A stretch of 64,000 nucleotides of DNA from Myxococcota bacterium (GTDB taxonomy: Bacteria; Myxococcota_A; Polyangia; Palsa-1104; JAEUJZ01): assembly GCA_025057315.1 (NCBI GenBank), contig JANWXW010000057.1, positions 33,250-97,249 on the forward strand, in the 5' to 3' direction. Positions 57,151 through 64,000 of the stretch are shown in pieces. The position numbers were made by a program, and so were the translations under genes. The notes under the pieces are model-generated. The model ran no database searches. It was not told the origin of the DNA and saw only the letters and a list, made by a program, of their open reading frames with translations. Within the stretch, counting starts at the first letter, position 1, and each line of letters starts with the position of its first letter.

Positions 57151-59765
57151 GACCCACCTCCTAGCAGGCGCTCCTTCACATCGATCCACTCGCGCAGCCG
57201 TGGCACACGCGCCCCCTTCTCCAGGGCGCGGCGGTACAGCTCCAGCGCCTTCTTTGGTTCTCCCCGCCGGTCGCGCAGCAGGCCGAGGTTGACGAGTGCC
57301 TCCGGTGGACGCCCGCCCAGCCGCTCGAGCGTTCGCTCCGCAGCTCCGCGGCCCTCTATCAGATCGAGCACCGCCAGGTTGTGCTGCAGCACCGGGTCGG
57401 CGTCCTCGCCGCGGCCCATCGTCTGCACGGAGGCACGTAGCAGCTGGGCGGCGCGCCGGGTCTTTCCTGCGGCATACAAATCGTAGGCGAGCATCTGCTG
57501 GGCCGAGCGGAGCAGGGGGCGGAGCAACGCCTGCAGGGGGGCACCGCCACGGGCCAGCAGCTTGGGCACCAAACGCACGGCCCGCTCCCGCTGGGCCGGG
57601 CTGGTGGCGTCGCGGTAGCTGACGAAGGCGAGCAACAGATCCATGCCAAGCCGGTCGTAAGGCGGCACCAGGTCGCAGCCTCCTTCGGTCTGGGCGCGTT
57701 CGAGGAACTGGCGCGCCGCTGGATAGCGCGTCGCTTGGGTGGCGGCCAGGGCAGCAGCGCACAGCGCCGCGCCCACCTCGCGACGGCCGGCAGCAAGACC
57801 GCCCCGATCGAGAGAGCGCTGCAGGTCGTCCAGTGCTGCTTCGGCGAGCTTGACTGCTGGCTGGCCCTGTGCGGCCTGGGCCTCGCACTCACGGAGCCGG
57901 GATCGGCCCCGGGCCAGGTAGGCGAGCGAGAGGTTGCGCCGCGCTGCCTGGCGATCCTCGAGGGCAGAGCCGGGCATGTCACGCAGGGCACCCTCGAGCA
58001 CGTCGATGGCTTCATCGAGCCGGCCGACCTGTAGATAGCGTGCGCCCAGCTCGGCGCGGAGCTCAGCCAGGGCTGCTGGTCCCTCCGTCCCCTCGGTGCC
58101 CTCCCCCCTGGGAGGGCTGGCTTCAGCCAGGGCCTGCTCATAAGCCGCCAGCGCCTCGGCCGGGCGCAGCGCCAGCACAGCGCGGGCCCGCAGCCGAAGG
58201 AGCACGGGGTCACCCCGCCCGATGCCGGCCAATGCCCTCTGGAGCACCCGCTCGGCATCCAGGGGGCGGCCCTGCAGCAGGTAGGCCACGGCCAGGTTTC
58301 TCGCGGTTCGCGGCGAGTCGTCCAGGGGCAAGGCCTGCTCCAGCAGCGGGATGGCCGCTGCGGCACCGCCGGGTGCATCGATGCCCTGGAGCGCAATCCG
58401 GTTCAGGGTGTGTGCCAGTCCCGTGCGAGCACGCGGGTTGCGCCCATCCACGGCCAGGGCATCGCTGTAGAGCCGCCGGGCACGGTCCAGCTCGCCAGCG
58501 ACAAGCGCCGCGTTGCCTGCCAGCGACAGGGCACCGGCGTCTTGGGGCAGGATCTCCACCAGGCGCGCTGCCATGGAGGTCAGTCCCGGCCGCGGCGGGT
58601 TGCCCCGGCGCACCTCTTCTATAGCTGCCTCGATCAGCACGGACAACAACTCGACCTCGGGCTCAGGGATGCCCCCGGGGCGTTCTTGCTCTCCGCCGCT
58701 GCGGTCCAGGCGCGCCAGGGCCTGTTCCGCTTCCGCAAAGGCCCGGCCCGGGTCGTTGCCGACCAGGTAGGCGCGGGCCAGGCGGGCTTCGAGGCTGACC
58801 CGGGGCTGGTCTGCGGGGCTGGCCGACCGTGCCAGGCGCGCTGCCTCCTTGTAGGCGTAAAGAGCGGCGCGGACGTCCGGATCCTTGCCTCCGCTAAGCG
58901 CCACATCGCCCAGCAGGATCCGGCCACGCGGGTCCTGGGGGCGAAGCTCGGCATACTGCACCGCCAGGCGGTTGGCCTCGGCGGTGCGGCCCAGGTGCAG
59001 GTAGGCCAGGGCCAGGTTGTAGGCGACGCGTGGACGGCGGGGAATCTCCGGGATCAGCGGTTCGTAAAGACGAGCCGCGCGGGCAAAGTCACCACGGGCC
59101 AGCACGACCGCCGCCAGCGAGAGCTGAATCTGGACATCGCGGGGACGGGCCTGCAGCGCGGCCTCCAGTGCCTCTTGGGCTTCGCGCAGCCGCCCACGAA
59201 GAAAGTAGGCCTGACCGAGGTGCAGCCGGGCCACCGCGTCGAGCGCTCTCTGCTCCTCTGGACGGTAGCGCAGGAACAACTCCAGCGCGAGGATCGCCCG
59301 AGCCGGCTTTAATTGGGCATAATGCTGGCCAATTTGCAGCTGTGCCTCGTAGGCTTCTGGGCGCCGTGCTATCACCTCCTCCAGGTAGCGCAGCCCACGA
59401 GCTTGCTGCCCGCTCTGATAGAGGCACAGCCCAAGGATGGTCTTAAGATAGATGTCATCTGGGGACAGCCGCTCGGCGCGCAGCAGCAACGCGATGGCCT
59501 GATCATAGCGTCGCTCACGAAAGTGGAGTGTGGCGCGTTTGACCAGGCTGGCCGGGCGGTTCGGGTTGAGCGCTAGGGCCCGGTCATACAGCGGCGCAGC
59601 CTCGGCATAGCGTCCAGCGTTGAAGGCCGCTTCGGCCTCGCTGAAGATTCGTTCCTCCTCGGTTTCGGCTCCAGCGCGGCCCTGCGCGTGTGCTTGTCCT
59701 GCGATGCTGCCCACGAGCAAGGCGATGAGCGCCACGGAGGTCGTCCTGGAGGCAATGCCCATCAC
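57147..59765 (-). CDS. Large secreted TPR-repeat protein (872 aa)
   Basis: Signal peptide [27 protein letters not shown]. Many TPR-like units (AxxxYxxAL...P). The start overlaps the PP2C gene stop (59762-59765). Confidence 0.85.
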   Translation of the reverse strand: MMGIASRTTSVALIALLVGSIAGQAHAQGRAGAETEEERIFSEAEAAFNAGRYAEAAPLYDRALALNPNRPASLVKRATLHFRERRYDQAIALLLRAERLSPDDIYLKTILGLCLYQSGQQARGLRYLEEVIARRPEAYEAQLQIGQHYAQLKPARAILALELFLRYRPEEQRALDAVARLHLGQAYFLRGRLREAQEALEAALQARPRDVQIQLSLAAVVLARGDFARAARLYEPLIPEIPRRPRVAYNLALAYLHLGRTAEANRLAVQYAELRPQDPRGRILLGDVALSGGKDPDVRAALYAYKEAARLARSASPADQPRVSLEARLARAYLVGNDPGRAFAEAEQALARLDRSGGEQERPGGIPEPEVELLSVLIEAAIEEVRRGNPPRPGLTSMAARLVEILPQDAGALSLAGNAALVAGELDRARRLYSDALAVDGRNPRARTGLAHTLNRIALQGIDAPGGAAAAIPLLEQALPLDDSPRTARNLAVAYLLQGRPLDAERVLQRALAGIGRGDPVLLRLRARAVLALRPAEALAAYEQALAEASPPRGEGTEGTEGPAALAELRAELGARYLQVGRLDEAIDVLEGALRDMPGSALEDRQAARRNLSLAYLARGRSRLRECEAQAAQGQPAVKLAEAALDDLQRSLDRGGLAAGRREVGAALCAAALAATQATRYPAARQFLERAQTEGGCDLVPPYDRLGMDLLLAFVSYRDATSPAQRERAVRLVPKLLARGGAPLQALLRPLLRSAQQMLAYDLYAAGKTRRAAQLLRASVQTMGRGEDADPVLQHNLAVLDLIEGRGAAERTLERLGGRPPEALVNLGLLRDRRGEPKKALELYRRALEKGARVPRLREWIDVKERLLGGGS

Positions 59766-61354
59766 CGTATCCGGGCGACGACCAGCGTGATGTCGTCCTT
59801 GTGCGCCCGGTCTCCATAGAAGGTGGTGGCAGCCGCGACCACGGCGTCCCGCATCTGGGCCGCGTCCAGGTCGCCGGCATTGCGGATGGATGCGCGGAAG
59901 CGCTTTTCACCGTACTCCTCGCCCGCGGCGTTCTCACACTCCACAATGCCATCGGTGTAAAAGATCAGCACGTCGCCCGGGCGAAGGGGCTGACTGCTCT
60001 CGGTGTAGGTGGACTCGGCCACGTCTCCCAGGCGGTTTCCTCGCGCCATGAGCACGGTAAACTCGCTCTCGCCGCTCTGCACATCCGGGCGATGGCGGTA
60101 CAGGTAGGGGAAGTTGTGGCCAGCATTCGAATAGGTGACGGTGCGCGTCCGCGTATCGATGATGCAGGCGAAGCAGGTCATGACGAACCGACGGCGGGCA
60201 GCCTCGTAAATGGCGCGGTTGACAAGCGAGAGCAGTCGCCCTGGCGTCAGGTGGGCGCCGTCGAGCGTCCGCACCACATCGCAGGCCGCCTTGGCTGCAG
60301 CCGTGATCATAGCCGAGGGCACACCATGGCCGGTGACGTCGCCGATGACCACCAGCACCTTGCCATCAGGTAGATCGTGCGCGGTCCACCAGTCGCCGCC
60401 GCATTGCATGGCTGGCTGAAAATAACCTGCGATGCGCACCGTGCCCCGGTCAATCAGATCGCCGCTGGGCACCAGCGTGTCCTGGATCGTACGGGCCAGC
60501 TCCAACTCCTTCTCCAGCGTTGCTTTCGCCGCTGTCTCCTGGAGAAGGACCTGCAGGCGATCAGCCATGTAGTTGAAGTTTTCTGCCAGCAAGCCAATCT
60601 CATCCGAACTGGTGACCTCTGCCCGGGCACTCATGTCGCCGTGTGCGATCTGGTCAGCCCGCTGAGCAAGCAACTTGATCGGCTGGCTGATGCGTAGGCC
60701 CTGCCAGATAGCCAGGGCCGTGCCCACGAGCACAAAGATCAACCCCATGACCAGACCCCGCAGCACCTGCGCGCGCCTGGTGGCGATGCGATCGGCCTCG
60801 ATGCGTTGCAGTTCCAACTCGAGGCCACGCAGGCTGTAGGTTACCACCAGGGTGCCCTGGCGGCGGCCCAGGGCAACCACGGGCACGGCAAAGACATAGC
60901 GCCGCTCGCGCGCACTCGGTCCCTCCAGCACCTGGGCCACAGGTTCGCTGATCTGGGCCATCTTGGGCCCCAGCTCTGGATCCACCTCCTGCACGGGTCG
61001 CTCGGCCAGCGAGCGGTTGCTGTGGGCAACCACAATGCCCGTGTCGGCAATGACATAGATGGACAGGATGTCGGGGTCCTTCTTGGCCGCTTCGGGCACG
61101 ACCGCACCGAGGGTGCCATAGTCGCTCTGCATGAGAGCAGTGCGCGTGGTCTCTGCCAGCGTCTCCACCTGCAGCAGCCCTCGCTTTTGAATTGCCTCCT
61201 GTTGCGCGTGCGCCAGCCGGGTCGCCCACTCGTCAAAAAGGCGGCGGGTGCTGATGGCATTCAGGATGGCCGACAGCACCACGATGACCAGCACCAGGCC
61301 CGTAGAGGTAAGAATCATCTTCAGGCTAAGCTGGGCACGGAGCCGTTTGGCCAT
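59762..61354 (-). CDS. Membrane sensor PP2C-type phosphatase (2 TM - extracytoplasmic domain - HAMP - SpoIIE/PP2C)
   Basis: HAMP: [48 protein letters not shown]2C: [41 protein letters not shown]. Confidence 0.9.
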   Translation of the reverse strand: MAKRLRAQLSLKMILTSTGLVLVIVVLSAILNAISTRRLFDEWATRLAHAQQEAIQKRGLLQVETLAETTRTALMQSDYGTLGAVVPEAAKKDPDILSIYVIADTGIVVAHSNRSLAERPVQEVDPELGPKMAQISEPVAQVLEGPSARERRYVFAVPVVALGRRQGTLVVTYSLRGLELELQRIEADRIATRRAQVLRGLVMGLIFVLVGTALAIWQGLRISQPIKLLAQRADQIAHGDMSARAEVTSSDEIGLLAENFNYMADRLQVLLQETAAKATLEKELELARTIQDTLVPSGDLIDRGTVRIAGYFQPAMQCGGDWWTAHDLPDGKVLVVIGDVTGHGVPSAMITAAAKAACDVVRTLDGAHLTPGRLLSLVNRAIYEAARRRFVMTCFACIIDTRTRTVTYSNAGHNFPYLYRHRPDVQSGESEFTVLMARGNRLGDVAESTYTESSQPLRPGDVLIFYTDGIVECENAAGEEYGEKRFRASIRNAGDLDAAQMRDAVVAAATTFYGDRAHKDDITLVVARIR

Positions 61355-61411
61355 TCGAGCAGAGTCTACGCACCCTTGCTGAAAGGGTCAACGACGGGTA
61401 ACCTGAAAAGA

Positions 61412-61966
61412 ATGCATCCCGCTCTGGAGCGCTTTCTGCAGCAGTTTAAGGCGACCTCCGACGCTATCATTGACAGCTGGTTTGTCTGCGACGCCGAACG
61501 CAACATCGTAGACTACAATCGAATCTTTTATGCGATGTTTCCGCGCCATGAGGCGCGTACGCTCAAGGGACGCAAGTGCGCCGATGTGCTGCGCCTGTCC
61601 ATCTGCCACAGCAGCTGCATCGCCGAGCAGTGCTGGCGGGAGAAACGCCATGTCCGCCTGGACGAAATCACCGGCCAGCCGCTCGGTCATCCGGACGACC
61701 AGCCCCAGCGCCACTTCGTGCTGTCGGCCATTCCCATCTTAGATGACCACGGCAACTCGGTTGGTGCGCTGGAGATCCAGCGCGACGTCACAGACGAGGC
61801 CTTGGTGCAGGACAAGTATCGACGCATGCTCGACAACGAGGCCCGGGAACGCGAGCGGCTGATGGGGCAGATCCGCGCCCGGACCAAGGAGCTGCTCGAT
61901 ACCAACCAGCTCCTGCTCAAGGTGCAGAAGGAGCTAGTCGCCTACAAGAGGGGGCTTGCGCTGTAG
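61412..61966 (+). CDS. PAS-like domain protein with Cys cluster and C-terminal coiled coil
   Basis: Internal Met at 61412. [27 protein letters not shown]...[26 protein letters not shown] (PAS-like). [19 protein letters not shown]. The listed upstream part (60806-61411) is antisense to the PP2C gene. Confidence 0.6.
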   Translation: MHPALERFLQQFKATSDAIIDSWFVCDAERNIVDYNRIFYAMFPRHEARTLKGRKCADVLRLSICHSSCIAEQCWREKRHVRLDEITGQPLGHPDDQPQRHFVLSAIPILDDHGNSVGALEIQRDVTDEALVQDKYRRMLDNEARERERLMGQIRARTKELLDTNQLLLKVQKELVAYKRGLAL

Positions 61967-62610
61967 CTTCGCTGCATCCGACGGCATGCCCTGCTCGCCG
62001 AGCCTGCACCCTGCATGACCTCCGGCAGCTGCCGCCCAGCGACCAGCTTGCTCAGCAGCTCGTTGCACCGGCGCCTGGCAGCGCGCACCTTCCTCCTCGA
62101 GGAAGGGGGCCATCACCGCCACGCGATGGGCCGCTGAGAACCCAGCAGAGCCAGCTGTGCCATCGCCTTGTGCCCGTCGCTGACCGGTATCGCCCTGTCC
62201 GTCACGATGGCACCGAAGCTGCGTCCGCGGGCTGAGCGACCATGGCCAGGATTCAGGCGCATCCCTGTGCGGCAACCGACACCTGGCGCCGGCACGGCCC
62301 AGCACGCTGGCAACAACCGGCTGATGGTCCAAGGAATCCTCGGCGACCCGCCCATGGAGCAGGCCCATGCCGGCTGACCCACGTGTCGGTGCGCCGCGGA
62401 CCCCAGGGATACAAGCTCTGCCTGATCGCCGGTCAGTCCGCCGCCCGGGGCGCACATCGATGTCTCCAATGCGGCCTCGCTCCGCCCTGCCGTCTCGGCT
62501 CAGACCCCAGGGGGGTGGGCAAGAGAAGGCCCGCAACGCCATCCCCAGGGTCAGCATGGACGGCCTGGCTGGTCCGGGCTCGGGGGAGCGGGGGGCTGGG
62601 AAACCCAGGC

Positions 62611-63534
62611 TTAGGTCACAAACACCCAAGCCAGCAGCCCCGCCGCGACGAGCAAGAGCACAATGAGCATGCCCCAGGCCAGGGGCGATCGCTCCTCATG
62701 GATGGCACGGAGCCGCTGCGCCTGCGCAGCTTCTGCCTGGGCCCGAGCCAAGGCGATGGGGGTCCCGGGTGCGGTCGCATGGGCAGCTGGTGCCGCCAGC
62801 GCAGCCGAGCCATTCTGTCCGTCGGGCTGGTGGACACCCACCGGCGACCGCGCCACCGGGGATGCCAGCGGCACCAACGGGGCCCCTCCCACCGATCCAG
62901 CAGGCGCTGCGGGCTGCGGCGTCATCGGCGTGGTCCCCGACGGGGCAGTGGAGCCGGTGCCCGTCCGCGGCCGCAACTTGGTTGCGGCGCCGGTTTCTGC
63001 CGCCAGTTCTTGCACCACCTGGTCCACGCTCGCATCCGTCAGGAGCTTGCGGACATTGGCCAAAAAGGCGAAGTACGATTCCTCCATGTCATCGAATTCC
63101 ATGGGGCCGTCGCACTCGTCACAGCGACAGGTGGGTGCGGTAAACGGGGGCCCGCGTTGGACCAGGTCCCGCGTCTCCAGAAGAAGGAGCTTCTCGCGCT
63201 GGCAGCGGGTGCAGTAGTAGGGCGCGTAGAAACTTTTGACCACACCGCCACCGGTAAAATTGTGCACCAGGTTCACCTGCGAGACGATGGGCGGCGCACA
63301 TTCCACCAGAATGGGGCGCACCCCCTGTCGCTCCAGCCGGCTGAGCCAGTTGACCCAGTCGCGGACGCCGCAGGAATTGATGCGCTCGACCTCGGCCAAC
63401 TGGATGACCAGTGGCCCGGGCGAGACCTGCCCCTCCAGCGCCTGAAGACCATTGTCCTCATCGATGACACCGCTGATCTTCAGGTAGGTTACACCCTCGC
63501 GCGCCTGCACCTCGCTGTGGAACTTGGAGCCCAT
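62611..63534 (-). CDS. STAS-domain protein fused to a zinc ribbon, Ala/Pro-rich linker and C-terminal TM anchor
   Basis: STAS-like YLKISGVIDEDN...LAEVERINSCGVRDWVNWL. YYCTRCQ...CRCDECDG (4-5 Cys). Tail WGMLIVLLLVAAGLLAWVFV. Confidence 0.7.
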   Translation of the reverse strand: MGSKFHSEVQAREGVTYLKISGVIDEDNGLQALEGQVSPGPLVIQLAEVERINSCGVRDWVNWLSRLERQGVRPILVECAPPIVSQVNLVHNFTGGGVVKSFYAPYYCTRCQREKLLLLETRDLVQRGPPFTAPTCRCDECDGPMEFDDMEESYFAFLANVRKLLTDASVDQVVQELAAETGAATKLRPRTGTGSTAPSGTTPMTPQPAAPAGSVGGAPLVPLASPVARSPVGVHQPDGQNGSAALAAPAAHATAPGTPIALARAQAEAAQAQRLRAIHEERSPLAWGMLIVLLLVAAGLLAWVFVT

Positions 63535-63573
63535 GCAGCCTCGACTTATATCTCCAAAAGGATACAGGCTTGC

Positions 63574-64000
63574 TTACGAAAATGACAAGCGAGACCCGTC
63601 TTGCACCGCCGCTCGAAGCGCATGATACGCATCGGAGAGAAAGAAACGGATGAGTGCCGCTGCGCCGGCGACCTGGCCCACCAGCACTCCCCCCCCTGTG
63701 CCATCGACCACGGCCAACTCCTCGCCCTGCAGACGGCCCAGCACGCGGATGGCAGCGGCAACATCGTCGCAGGCGAGCAGACCTGCGCGATCGGCACACA
63801 GGGACAGGGCGGCCAGGAAGTGCTCAGGGGGGCCGGGGGGCTCGGTGCCCATCAGCCGCTCGACGGTCCGCTGGGCACGCCGCGGCAGCGACCGGTAGAA
63901 CGCCCGCGCCACGGGGTCCCACTCTCCTTCGGGCAGCAGCAGGGTCCGTAGCAGCCGCGCCACCTCGTCCCGCTCGGCCGGCCGCAGCCGCAGCGCCACG
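63574..64000 (-). CDS. Hypothetical protein, C-terminal part only (the gene continues beyond the window)
   Basis: The frame is open to the window edge, with coding-like composition. No family recognised. Confidence 0.45.
   Translation of the reverse strand, partial: VALRLRPAERDEVARLLRTLLLPEGEWDPVARAFYRSLPRRAQRTVERLMGTEPPGPPEHFLAALSLCADRAGLLACDDVAAAIRVLGRLQGEELAVVDGTGGGVLVGQVAGAAALIRFFLSDAYHALRAAVQDGSRLSFS

Overview
GC-rich bacterial chromosomal window (about two-thirds G+C by eye, strong GC3 bias). This composition creates many long spurious antisense ORFs in the six-frame track. Gene content looks Myxococcota-like: GFTLIELM-type pilins, PEGA, FG-GAP and NHL surface proteins, a MYXO-CTERM-like tail, a Ser/Thr kinase, two sigma-54 enhancer-binding response regulators and a fused MFS/spermidine synthase. 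I can support about 55 protein genes and one tRNA-Leu(GAG). I saw no rRNA, CRISPR array, transposase or integrase. Housekeeping genes include GTP-PEPCK, argB/argC, trpS, msrA, a PBP1A, TrpG/PabA and an adenosine deaminase family protein. Many listed ORF starts were trimmed to internal ATG/GTG codons that have Shine-Dalgarno sequences or stop/start overlaps. The most interesting signals are: (1) An SGNH - MBOAT - microprotein operon (6088-8559). Its 38-codon third gene is absent from the ORF track and ends in FIYIDF, resembling the DltX acyl-shuttle motif. (2) A small island bounded by AT-rich segments that carries an HTH-XRE::EgtD-like methyltransferase-fold fusion, with operator-like repeats. 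(3) A tightly coupled 5-gene minus-strand operon (52047-61354) encoding HAMP-PP2C, a giant TPR protein, a PhnD-like binding protein, a membrane-fused spermidine synthase and an extended CDP-alcohol phosphatidyltransferase. (4) Two paralogous pilin genes with near-identical -24/-12 sigma-54 promoter candidates and TGTC-containing palindromes. (5) A fused EtfB-EtfA gene next to an ALDH that lacks the canonical general-base Glu. All functional calls come from reading motifs by eye. No database search was possible, so family assignments are recollection-based and most coordinates of starts are inferences.
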